A program made the translations under genes and the position numbers. The notes under the pieces were generated by a model. It did no database searches, was not told the origin of the DNA, and saw nothing but the letters and a program-made list of their open reading frames with translations. Of a DNA stretch of 64,000 nucleotides, positions 37,636 through 50,219 are shown one piece after another (positions within the stretch are counted from its first letter, which is position 1; each line of letters begins with the position of its first letter). The DNA comes from Dudresnaya verticillata (lineage: Eukaryota): contig OZ374557.1 in NCBI GenBank assembly GCA_977862235.1, forward strand, positions 124,001 through 188,000, written 5' to 3'.

Positions 37636-40332
37636 ATGTTCTGGAACCCGTACCAGCAGGGGGATGGGGCTGGACCGAGCAACGCCCATGTTAATAGCGA
37701 CGCTTATGGAAACGATCATGGTCACGCGTACGCTAACCAGTTTCATAACGGCTTCAGCCACGGCAGCGGTCATGGAGCATATGATGAGTTCTCAAGAGGA
37801 GGATATCGTGGAAGAACTCGCCACGGCCTTGGAAGGGGACGCCGCATCCGCGATCGCCGATATGCATACGGCAGACGTGACCAAGACCGGTCACTTGTGA
37901 CAAGTATTGACGCAGAGAATCTCATTGGTCGCCATCAGTGGAACCTGGAACCGTCTCAGACTAACAGCTACCGTGATCTTGTTCAAGGAAACACCTACGC
38001 GCACACCGACAGGGTTCTGTTCAAGAAGGCTTCCGAAAAGGTCGGCGTACAGAAGTGTATGAACGAGTTCTCGAAGTTCATGCGGGCTAAGCATCTATTT
38101 GATGTGCCAACGACTCTTCGAACTGCTCGGACACATGCGCGGGAAGCGAAAGAATGCTACTACCTCGAGGATATGGAGGAATATCGCAACATGGAGGCCA
38201 TAGCGGGGGAGGCACCCAGCCTCACTGTAGCCGACTTGGTGCCCCAAGATATTCCTATGCTTAAGAGCTCGCTTGTTAATAGGGATACTTCCACGCCTTC
38301 AGCTAGCGTCCGGGCTTCTTACGGGAGCACTTCAACCGCAATAGGTACAGGCTATGCCTCCAGCATCACAGCCCCGAGACGTCAATGCTGCCAATCGATG
38401 TGCTGCATGGGTACTATCTCAAGGTCCAGAACTGGGTTTGGGATATCGAGCAGCCCTCCGCACTTCCTGTTTACACGCCACCAGTTTTGCACTACTTCTT
38501 TACGGAGCTGAGGGATGTTGTGCAGTGTGCAGAGAGCGTGGTCTCGGAATCAGGACCTCCGCTTTCGGAACGCTCACGAAGGCTTCTATTCGTACTTCAA
38601 ATAGAGTACTATGTCATGTTAATGCTGGCTTGGTTTAATGAAGCTTTTTACTGTTGGAAGATGTTTGTCCTCACCAGAAACACAATTAGAGTTCTCGATG
38701 GTAATCTTGGCGAAGTGCCTGGCATCGGGGGTGTACCGGCAGCAGCCATTCTGAAGCTGATGCATGAGACAGAGGCAATCCACAAGGACTGGCACAATTG
38801 GATCGGATTTTTGAACGAGGAGACGGTATTCAGCAAGTTTGTATGGGCCGTGAGTGGCACCGGCTTTGAGCCTACAGTAGACCACGTACGCGACTCCGGA
38901 ACCACAACGTACTACAGTTACATCACCAGAAGAACCTGGACGGAGGAAGAGTTTGAGATGGAGTTCTCCGAAGGTTATGTCATTGACACGGTGGACAGTA
39001 CATCTCTAGAAAGCAAGATGGACCGACACGAAATCGACGTAATTCGCGGGCTTCTTCACCACATCACTGCGTACTGGAACGTTTCAAACGGTTACCCCAG
39101 TGTACGTCAAGTGCTGGGGATCATGCTGCAGCTCAACGCTAACGAACATGCGATCGCAGAACAGAATTATAAAGAGCATGAGGACATAGAAAGGGGGCGC
39201 AGCAGGTTCTTTACGATATATTCGACAGAATGATGTACCCGAAGAAGCCCTCTCTGGAGTATGGATCGTATCGTGAAGACGACAGGGGCGCTGGTTACAG
39301 TCGCCGAGTGTACACCACGGATCACTAAGCCAATCAACTCGATTACGTGGGTCCTAGCACTCGGACAGCTGCCAACCAGTCAAGCTACCCATCATACGAT
39401 TCCAACCAGTACGCTGGTGATATGGTAACTACTAGGGCTCCGCCGAGCGGGTATGCAAGTCGCGATGGCGGTGAGGGTGTCCGAGGATATAGAACTTCAA
39501 GTCAAGAGTATCAAGATCCGTATGCCAGTGGAGGGCGAGGCGGTCACCACGCCCCTTTCAACGCCATGGCTCAGTCTGCTATCGGGGAAAGAGTCTATAA
39601 GCATCCAATCCCTAGGAAGCAGCTATTCAAGAGCGCAGCCCAGCGGCCAGAGCACAACCTGCCGGCTCCGCTGACCAGCTTCCAGTGCTTGACATTCGCG
39701 AGCCGGATGCTCGTGGCACGCGTACGCGTCCTGGCGCTCCGCTGAGAAATGAAACGGGAACCCGCCCGCCTCGACCGGGTACTCCTATTTGACGAATAGA
39801 AAGTCGATTTCAACCCACTGGAAGAAGGCCGGCAGTGGTCATCCCCGCAGTGCCGATGCCTGGAAGCATTGCCAGCAACTTAGAAGAACTCGCGGCAGGA
39901 AAGCGTCCTCTTCAGGGAGCGGCGAGCACAGTTAGGAATGAGGCGAACGCCGGACTGAGCATTGCTGCGGGTAATAGCGTTTATGCCAGGAGCGGGGATT
40001 CAAGACCGAATAAGATATCTCGCACGGAAGGTGCTGCAACCCCTTCCGTGCCTGTGACACATGTGTCCAAGCAGACTTCGGAACCGAGCGTAGCTATTAC
40101 GGACCATGACGTCGCACCGACAACCAACCCGGGCTCCAGTAGCATAATGGATAGGCACACGCCAACAATGGACGCGGAAATGCGCGCGGTACTGGAGGAG
40201 TCTGCCCAGATTGCGCACGGTGACCAGCGCAGTGCCGGTTCCGGGCCATCAAAGCGTTTGGGAAGTAAGGTCGGTGTACTACAGAAGAATGGAGTAGTGC
40301 AGTTCATCAGAACTGAGATTCGCGTTGAATGA
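37636..40332 (+). pseudogene. ~900-codon degenerate ORF of unknown function, related to the antisense ORF of element C
   Basis: ATG at 37636 (MFWNPYQQ); continues through frameshifts into 38385..39233, 39347..39745 and 39835..40332. Confidence 0.6.
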
Positions 40333-43300
40333 GTTGAAATACGTGTAATCTATAGCACATTGTACACCAGTAAACATAGACCCAAAAAGCTTCCATCTGC
40401 CTGTGAAGGGTTGCAGAGTTCGAAAGGCGTCTCATCCTTACAAGCCGTCCATTACCTGTGGCGGATTCACAATGCGGAAAAGAAACGGAAAGGCGCAACG
40501 GTGCACCTTCTCGGCTTGTATTACTTCCTCCATTGCCGCCGGGTGTCGCTCCTGCCGAAGCCGAACTCGTACTCGATGGGGCCCCGTGTTTGCGCCTCGA
40601 GGAGGCGTTCCAACAAATATCCTCATCTGCTGCCCTGCCTCTGAAGGTCCAGGACCTCCTTGTTAAAACTAGCTACTTGAGCTGCAGCTCAGGCATGCCA
40701 ACGTCGCTTAGGACCGTATAGATGCGCGCATCTATGCTCCCACCTACTGCTTCCTTCGAGACCGCGTTTTCGTCTCCCTTGCAGTCCTTCTTTTCGCTAG
40801 CGAATGTGAGCTCACATTTGGCGATCCCTGTGCAAAGCTGTTTGCTTTGGAGCCTGAAATCGTCATCACGAATGCATTTCAGCGGACGAAGCTGTCGACA
40901 AAATCGTCATCGTGACTTTTTTGGTATCAAAGATATGTACTGAAGAGTACTTTTCACCTGAACAGCTCGACCTCCTCCATGACTACCGCTGCAGGGGTAG
41001 TCGCGACACCGCTGGACTTACTTAAACCACCCTTGGTGCGGCCTGCACCTGGCGCCTGTCAAGTATACGGAGTGCCCTGGGCTGTCTGTGAGCCATGGCA
41101 CACCCGGTCCTAGACGCTGGTTTGCTGGTTTCGCGGCCGTAATTTTCAGCTGTCCACCTCCCGCTGCCCTCGAAGGACCACTATCCCCCGCACCTTTCCC
41201 ACATGTGACCATTTCGTGTGTACCGTCCTGCTTTACAACACTACCAGCACCAGCACCTCCTCCTCCTCCTGCTGTTCATTCTCCTGCAAGCTTGCAGACC
41301 AGAACTAGTGCAGCTATCTAGGACAGCTTTCATCGCGGCGACTGCACGGCAAGACGTTTCTTAAGTCCTGCCGCAAGGCGGCTGCTGCCACAGCAGCAAA
41401 AGACGCTGCATGGATAGTCTGGATGTTTATTCCAATGGCTTCCAAGAAATGAAAAGTGGCGGCAACGGCCGGACTCGATGCGGGGGCCATAACGATGCGC
41501 TTTTCGACAGCATAACGCGAGCGAATGCGTCCGCATCGACCGATCAGCCCACTGGAGCAGCAACAAAGTGGCGGAGACAACGATGCCGAGCTATAGCTAT
41601 AGTGCAAGGTACGAGTATTACTGATCAGGCTTCTCGCGAGCAAGCCACAGCAGTGCACCCATGGGTGAAAGTGGGCGGCTAACGGCGCCGGCGTTTGCAG
41701 TGGCGACGGTGAGGAGCCTAGGCTGAGAAACTCAAGCGGTCGCTGTATGCACTCAAACATGCTGGCCTCGCACGGGGTGGTGCTCTGGAGACCGTACGTG
41801 GCGTTGAGGTAGTTATGAATCCGGCGCAGCGTGCTGGACTCACCGGTCCACAGCAGCAGCAGCATCAAAAGGGTCATCTAGATCGCGCCCGCAACCATGG
41901 CCGTCTCGTGCTTCATCGGCACGCCCATGCGCGCGAGCGCGCGGCTCTCCGTCAACACGAGGGCCGACTTGCGGCGCATGCAGCCCAATTGTTAACAGCG
42001 CACACGCGCCGGGCGCGACGGCCACGCGCACACGCGCTGCGAAGAAGAGGGCAGGACCGGTGAAGAAGACGACGGGGACAACGACTACGGCTGCGCGATG
42101 GGCGGCGGCGAGTGCGGCGCGGCGTAGTCGAGCGCGGCGTCGTCGGGCATACGTTCTTTCGGATGGAAGGCGAGCTCGCGCGGCTGAGCAGCGGATTACG
42201 GCCAGAGATTTCACTGCAGTGACTGCGGCGAACGAATTTCCACCCTCGTGCAATGTTGTTAATGAATTGGTAGCGCAAAAGTGTCGCCTGTCGCTTCCGT
42301 GGTACTGAATTGCCAGAAAGGAAATCTGGTGCCCTACAGCACCGATGGTGGCGTGCGTGAGCAGAACTGCTAATTGCGTTTCGGCGACAGGCGCCGATGG
42401 GCCGGGCCAAATGATAATATGGCTGAAAATATACGTTAAAAATATCGCAGATTTTAGGAAATGGCCTTGTAGTGGACGAACAGTGGCTACCCTGCGAATG
42501 TCCACCTGGGTTCTAATTGGCACGAGGAAACTGCGGAGAGATCCCTGAAAGGCGATGGATGGATGTGTGCAAGCCCACTGGATGGCTATCGCATATCCGC
42601 TGGACACTTGTCAGACAGTTACCTGTGACTTCGCCTGGACATCTCCCGTAGTTAATGCGGACATCCACGGGCATCCATTTTCCTCACTGGGTTGGGAACA
42701 AGTTGCTGTGAGATTCATCCACATGGTCGACGACTTGCCAGTGAATCTGGCCTGGCTCCAAAAATCCGGATCGCGGGCTTTTAATAAAATGGGAAATGGA
42801 ACAGCCTCTGAGCTTTTATATATATCAGATTCTCTATCTTAATTCGCTCTGTAGACCTGCATCTCTATCCGCATGCCTTGGAGTTTCTAGGAAAACTTGA
42901 TTGGGTCTTCATCCGATTGCCCAAGAATAATACTATTGCCTTGGTTATAAACTTGTGCTTCGATACGAGCCATGTTTCCCACTATTAGTATCGAATCCAT
43001 CGAAGCTACAGAGAGTATCGTCGATATCCCTACGACATGGAAAAGACACATTCTAGTTGCAACCACCGGATCTGCGAGGTAAGACAGGAAACAGTAACGG
43101 AGAGGCCCGAAATCGTTGCTGTTTTGGTAGTAATATCTGGAAACGATATATAATATCTGCTCTCAAGGTCCATGTCAGCGCCAGGTTGTGTGACGTACTT
43201 GCCAAAGAATAACGCATCCTCATTTTTCATGAAAGAGTCACAGACATCTGGGAAGGTCACGCCCGCAAAGTGCATAAATCGCACAGGCCTTGTACTTCGA

Positions 43301-43979
43301 CAAGTGGACCCTAGTAGGGGGTCTTCCCACCTGCCTGCGCCTCATTTGTACTATTCTCAGGTGCGGTAGCGATATACAGCGCGAAGTGTTCTCCGGTTTT
43401 CTGTTGGATAGTCACTAGCGAGTAGGTCGGCGCTCTTGGAGGACTAGTGGGAGAATGTTGTCGAAGACGGGCTTGCAGCCGAGTCCAGGCATTACAAGAA
43501 GTGCACGACGCCATCCAATATTCCACTAGTCTGCATGAGCTTCCGTTGAGGCGGGGAAAGACGAGCAAGGGTGCAGCCGAAGATGACGGAAGTCAGGACG
43601 GCCGCCAATAGCAGCTGCGGGAGCAGACCACATGGAATTGTGGACCTGTGCCTTGCGAGAGCCAGACGGCGGGTTATCATAGCGGAGCCGGTCATTAATT
43701 CGACATATAGAAGTTCGTAGTGTGGTGCAGTCGGGTCAAGAGCCGAGACAATGAATAGAAGTGAACCGAAGGACGCTGAAAGCGATGGAGTGTGAACAAC
43801 ATATGATATGGTCAAAAGAATATCTTTTGTTACGGCGCAGGTGGCTTTGGAGATGGGGAAGGGTCGCGCAGCACGGCTGCAGGCGCACTGCAAAAGTGAG
43901 TATCAGCCCCCGAGAAATGCCGTGATGGGTGACTTTGGGGGCTTGGGGAGCTAGAGAGTCTGGTCCTGGGATAGGGCGC

Positions 43980-44231
43980 TGTTAGAGTCCTCTTGCGTGC
44001 GGCCGTAGTCATCACTCAGCTGCCCGCATACGGGCATGGATGGTCCAGCCAAAAGGGACCTTAAGTACTATAAACCCTGGCACGCGGAGGTGCGGGAGTA
44101 AATCTCCCCGAGGGTTACTGACAATAATTAGAATGCAGAGGACCGCCGAGGGTAAGTAAAGAGGAGACGTCGTGGGGCGTTGGAAGGACACCCGAGAGGA
44201 AGAACCCAGAATCGTTAACAACGTTTCTGCA
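43980..44231 (+). repeat. Copia 5' LTR
   Basis: TGTTAG...CA; direct repeat of 49968-50219. Confidence 0.95.
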
Positions 44232-44246
44232 TGGTAGCTTCGCACG
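44232..44246 (+). promoter_or_regulatory. Copia PBS, probably initiator tRNA-Met
   Basis: TGGTAGC directly after the LTR implies a primer with an A1:U72 pair. Confidence 0.65.
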
Positions 44247-44295
44247 AGTTATCTCGAAACAATAACTCAACACCGTTGCGCCCGAAGACGCCGAC

Positions 44296-47200
44296 ATGGC
44301 AGGAGACTCCGAATCGCTCAGCAAGCTCCCGAAGCTGACGGGTGCGAAGTATTTTATTCCTTGGCGTCACCGCATCAAGGACTACATTCAGAAGGACAAC
44401 ATCGAGCTTTTGGGGCTCGATCCGTACCCATCGGATGACACATCCGCCGCGAATCTTGCGCTGGCGCAAGGTCATGTTCAAGGCCAAGTATGCCATAGTG
44501 TCCACTATTGGAACCGGGTCCAAGGCACAGACCTCTTCCATCATCGACTCGGATGATGGCACTGCTAAGGACATCTGTGACGCAGTGGCACGATTTATAC
44601 AACTTCTAACGAGCAAGCAATCATCAACTTCCTTCAAGAGATGGAATCACTGGAGTACAAGGACGGTGGAAACTGGGAAGATCATTTGAACAAATTCCAC
44701 AAAATCTTAGGCAAATTGGCCTCCCTTGACAAGGCCGTGCCACAGGAGGAGAAGTTCTCGAAGCTCATCCGAACCCTTCCGGAGCACTTTGCTCCACCGC
44801 CATGGTCTCAGCCAAGATGACTTTTGAAGAGCTTTTCAATGCCCGAAACTGAGAACGCCCGCCGCAAGTCCAGATCCTCGGACAAGTCCAACATTCAAGT
44901 TCCGAAAGCCAACGCTGCTGGAGGAGGCAACAAAAGCTCCGGTCAAGGTTTTCGCCGTGGAAGAATTTCGCAGGGAAACGGCAGCAACAGGTCGTTCGGC
45001 CCATGTCGGGTTTGCGTTCGCACGAATCATAGGGCTCAGGACTGCTTCTACCGGAACAAAACGAACGGCAATAATGGCCAGATGCCGACCCGCGGTCGCA
45101 GTCGAGGCGATCGTGGGCGTTAGCGTGGACGTTTTCGAGGCGGCCGTGGTGGCCGTGGAGGATAGTTCCCGCATGTCCAATATTGGGGCCCACAGGGTGA
45201 ACCGTCTGGCCATCAGCCCTACCATTAGCAGCGTCAAGGGCAGTCGCATCAGTCAGAGAATGGCAGTGGCGGCCCCTTTGCCAGTCAAGCTCAAGTACCT
45301 GACCAACAGCCTCCGAACTACCAGGCCAACTCCAGTGGGGGTGCTGGATACAGGAGTAATGGCCATTCCTATGGCTTCATCGCTGCCATAAAGTTCCAAA
45401 GCACAGTCGCCAAGTGTGATGCGGCAAAATCCAAGGACTGGCTTATTGACTCCGGCGGCTCCCATCACCTTTGCCATGACAAGTCGTTGTTGGTCAACTA
45501 TGAGAATATGAAGGTTCTTGATGTTCAAGCCGCTTCTGAGAAGTTTAATCTAGTAGGAAAAGGCCAAGTATGCATCCCACTGGCTGGAGTTCTCTACTTG
45601 GACGCATATCACGCCCCGAACATCCAGCCAAACATACTGTCGGTAGGCCTGCTTACGGCTCAATTTAGGATTCTTTTTACGATAGATCCGCCGGCTGTCA
45701 GCAACATAAGCCCCTGCGTCTTATATGACCGACAGACAAAGGAGCTGAACAAGGCAGTTCAGATAAACGAGGACGGGCTTCATCGCATCGAAGAGCCGAA
45801 CAGCTCCAATCAGGTCATGATGTCCCTCTTGGACAAGAATGAAGTTTACGAGGCGTTAGTCTGTCTCCAGTGCTCAAGGGCTATTGCTACGAGGAATTCG
45901 GAAAGAGACCTCGCTATGGAGTGGCACAGTCGCACAGGACACCCTTATTCTCCGCGACATTTGCACTTGGCAAACATTTTAAAGGACGTTCCTACCTTTC
46001 CGTGAAGTGTCATGCAGGACATGCTTTGTGTTCCATCCCAACTTAGCAAGGCACAGCGCGGAACTCTTCGATCAATCACACGAATGACAGTCAACCCACT
46101 CGAGCGCATGCATATAGGCATTACTGGAAGGATTAATACCCCGTCTATTGGAGGGAGCCAATACGCTGTGGGTTTCGTTGCCAACGTCATCGCTAAGTCA
46201 AACACACATTTTCGTAAGACTAAGGATTGAATTTTCTCGTCACTCAAGGACTACAAAGGGATATCAGAATGTGACGAATTATAAGCTCATCAACATTAGG
46301 TTGGATGGTGCCGGAGAAAATATGTCCAATTCCGCTAAGGACTTCGCTCTCGCTAACGGCATTCGTCTGGAGCCTAGCCCACCGTAATAGCCAGAGAGAA
46401 ACGGTGTAGCCGAACGTTTCATGAAGGAGCTGGGCGTTCGTGCACGTGTACGGCTTATTTACGCCGTGCTCGATGATAAGCTATGGGCCGAAGCCATGAG
46501 CCACGGCAATTGGCTTCGAAACGGACTTCCGTCTGAGTGGATTGCTGCAGGGACACCTATCCTCAGATGGGACCACCGCACAGTTATCGACTTCAAGAAT
46601 CTTCCAAGGTTTGGACAACAGGGTTCCGCCCTTCTTAATCAATCGCGAACAAGGCCAAACAAGAAGCTCTCGTCACGTTCTGCTCATGGTCACTTCGTCG
46701 GTTTGGAAAACTGCGCAAAACTTTACCACATCTAAATCCCCAAAACGAAGCGCATCGTAATCACTTGCGCTAGCGATCTTCGCATGGGCAGATCCGAGCA
46801 TCTGCCGGGCGTAGCTGCTCTTCTAGATTGCATCGCGCGTCAAGCGCAAGAGGACAGGGCAAATGGCAACGCTGAAAAGATAGCAGAAGATGCTCTGAAG
46901 CAGGTATTCGATGCCTATCGCTTGCCGCTTCCCCCTATTTTACCTCAAGTCAAATTTACCCGTGGTAATCTCAAGTACCCGCGTTTGCCGCGTACATTCC
47001 GTGAAGTCATCAAGAACAAGCTTTGGTGCAAGGCCATCAACCGGGAATACCTCGCGCGTCGCCGACGTCACACTTGGGACTACGTCCCGAGGACCAAGGA
47101 TCTTCATGTAATTGTGGCATAGCTGTAAGACCAGCTGTGCCACGCACGCGCAGCTGTAAGACCAGCTGCGCCACGTATGCACCGCTGTGCGCACGCTGTC

Positions 47201-49413
47201 AGCCGGTGGCGCCGAAGCCCCGCCGAACTGTAAGGAAGTGCGCAGTGGCGCCCGCGCATGCACATGTACGCGTGTAACACTGAAACTCCCATGTAATTTC
47301 TAGGTTTATTTTTTTGTAGTGTACAGCACTGTATAAGTGTAAGCGGCGGTCGAACGCCCTGCTGTCCCGCGCGCCGTGCGCACGCACTCCGGTGTAGAGC
47401 CCTTGAGTGCGTGACACGCGCGTGCGTACTCCGGCGTCGAGCCGTTGAGTACGTATGGACCGTTTCGCCCACGCGCGCTCCCGGGTTACCGTTACCCGTA
47501 CGCGTCGACGCGTGTCGGGGCGCGCCGGCGCACCTCCCGGATTGGTTCCGCCGCAGGCCCTGTAGTCTATTTAGTAGTCGCCCCTCTGGGCTTGAGTAAA
47601 ACAAGGCAAGCCAGCCTACGCCAGGCTTGACCCTTTCTGCTTTGGGTTTCTTTCCAGTCCTTCGCCCTACGGTTTCCCTCTTTCCCTAGCCGCCTAGGCT
47701 TTCCTTTTCTTTTCCCTACCGTCGGGTTTGTGCCGCCCCACGACGGGGACGTAGGGATCCGGCCACTGCCGCCCGCGTACGGTACGCCCTGTGCGCGCTC
47801 ATGCTTCGATGCCGTTGATACGCGACCGTCGACGGCGCGCGGCCGACACCACCGCTCTATCACCACGACTACGACCCTTCGACGGGTCTGGGTGCGACTA
47901 CGAGACCAGCCGCGCTAGACGTCAGTTTGACCTGACGTCTATGCCACAGTAATCCCTTGCACATGGGTGTTTCGACTTAAGCCGCTGGACCATATTGGGA
48001 AGAAGTTCTTACAAAGGGCCAGATGCTGCTCTCGAGGTGGCCTACAAGCCCCGGGAATCGACTTTGATCCTGACAAGCTATATGCCCTGGTTGCTTCGCA
48101 TCAGGCGATTCGCATGATTCTATCCATGCTTCTGCAAACGGCCTCATCGTTGGGGGGCGGACATATGCAATGCCTACCTCTACGACAAAATCGATGTTAG
48201 CGTATACTGGGAGCAGCCGACCGATTCATCAGGACGGGAGGAGAAACTTGGATTTGTATGTCGTTTACGGAAGTCCATGTATGGACTGAAACAAGCTGGA
48301 AACATTTGGGATTCGCTTATCCTCGTCACGATAATCGGCTGCGGGTTCGTGCAATCGTGCACAAATGCTCGCGTCCTTATCAAGGTTGTTGGAAAAGAAT
48401 TCATCATTCTAGTCATCATCATCGATGACATGGGGTTTGTGAGCAACTCTAAGCATCTTTTGGGTCATTTCAAATCTAAGATGGCTCAGGAGTTAGATGT
48501 TAAGTTGTTTGGAAACATCACATCATTCATAAGCTGCGAAATTAGTCAAGAGACGTCTGGGATCGGGATCATTCAGACTCGTTACGCTGAGTAGCTTTTG
48601 GCAAAGCACGGCTTGGCTGAGTCCAATGGGTCCTGGACACATCTGCCTACAGATGCGTAGAGCACTCCTGCAGCTGAACATGACACGCTGTTATAAAAAA
48701 CGGGACACATCAAGTGCCGGGCCACAATCGCAGAGCTTCTATATCTCGCGTTTTGCACTCGCCCGGATATAGCGTTCCCCGTCAGCGTTTTGGCACGACA
48801 AGTCCATTCCCCAGCATCCAGATACTTAAGATTGCTCAAAGCAGTCATGAGCTACATTTCTGGCACGCGAAAGTTAGGCATCATGCATCGCCACGGTGCC
48901 GTCCAAGGAGGGGAACGATCTAGTCCAATTCAGATTAAGGCGTACGTTGACGTCTATTGGACTGTGGACAAGTCAGGGCGTAAGTCAAGAACGGGATTCC
49001 TTATAATGCTGCATGGTTCACCCGTTTCTTGGAAAAACCAACATCAGACGCTTGTTGCACTGTAATCTGCGGAGGCTGAGTACATCGCCCTCTCATCATG
49101 TGCCAAGGAAGTCCTTTCGGTTCGCCGACTGTTTTGGGAGTTGTTAACACTAACCCCATACCACGAAGCCATGCGCATACTGCCGACCTTGGTTCTATCC
49201 CATAGCACCGCCGCCGTAGCAATTGCGCAGCATGACCAAGTGTCCGCGAGAAGTAAGCACATCGAAGTGAAGTATCACCACGTCAATAATAATTTGCGCG
49301 CGGGAAGATTGTCGTTGATACATATCAGGACCCTGGAGCAGTTAGCCGAAATCCTCACGAAACCGGTTGATCGGCACACACTGCAAGATCATGTTGCCGT
49401 GCTGCTCCATTAA
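44296..49413 (+). pseudogene. Copia gag-pol polyprotein with many stops and frameshifts
   Basis: CRVC..NH..QDC knuckle; WLIDSGGSHH protease; WHSRTGHP; IRLDGAGE..NGVAER integrase; YGLKQAG and IIDD in RT; AEAEYIAL and RSKHIEVKYH in RNase H. Confidence 0.95.
47113..47948 (+). mobile_element. Solo LTR (836 bp, Gypsy type) inserted in the Copia RT
   Basis: Termini TGTGGCATAG...CTATGCCACA; perfect TSD GTAAT (47108-47112 and 47949-47953); removing it restores DLHVI-PCTWVF. Confidence 0.95.
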
Positions 49414-49967
49414 GTGGCATTGCGTTCGTCAACTTTGCACCGGTTTTCCTCTTGCAGCAGGCATGCACTCTCTAGGTCTAAAGCTGAAAAGAAAATGGCA
49501 AAAACACAACCGCTCACCATTATTGCTTGCCAGGACTACCTGGAGTGCTACCCTGAGGGCTGGGTGTGTTACGAGCAAGGGGGGATTACGAGGACTCCCC
49601 TTTTCCGATATGCCTCCCGCAGGCGGTCAGACAGTACGTGGCTCTTAATTGACTGTCCTTAATCCGGTAGCCTTCAATTGCTTCGTTAATGCAAAGTTGC
49701 GAAACTCGTGATACTTATATCAGACCGTGGGCAAAATCGGCCCAAGAGTAACTGAAAAGCAATATTGCCTGCCACCGCGGCCGGCACCAACTGAATTTCA
49801 GAAGGGAACAAAATCTACTCGTATCATTGGCCAATTGGGTACAGTGGTCTCCAGTTCGACGCAGAAGTCGAGGGATCAGATCCCATCAGGGACCGAGTTA
49901 GATTCAATTTTCTATTGAGTTGCAACCAAGGAGTTGAAATTGTGAGGATGCTACTACCGAGGAGTGG

Positions 49968-50219
49968 TGTTAGAGTCCTCTTGCGTGCGGCCGTATTCAT
50001 CACTCAGTTAACCGCAGAGGGGCATGGCCGGTCGGGCCCAAAGAGCCCTTAAGTACTGTAAACCCTGGCACGCTGAGGTGCGGGAGGAAATCTCCCCGAG
50101 GGTTACTGACAATAATTAGAATGCAGAGGACCGCCGAGGGTCAATAAAGAGGAAACATCGTGGGGCGTTGGGAGGACACCCGAGACGGATAACCCAGAAT
50201 AGTTAACAACTTTTCTACA
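49968..50219 (+). repeat. Copia 3' LTR
   Basis: Same length as the 5' LTR, about 27 substitutions counted by eye. Confidence 0.95.

Larger units (their letters stand above)
43980..50219 (+). mobile_element. Ty1/Copia LTR retrotransposon, full-length but decayed
   Basis: Two 252-bp LTRs, PBS, PPT (49959-49967), TSD GGCGC/GGTGC, domain order gag-PR-IN-RT-RH. Confidence 0.95.

Noticed and set aside
36635..37900. 421-aa ORF, and the N-terminal 248 aa of ORF 36892..38511
   Set aside because: Open only because the A-poor minisatellite lacks stop codons.
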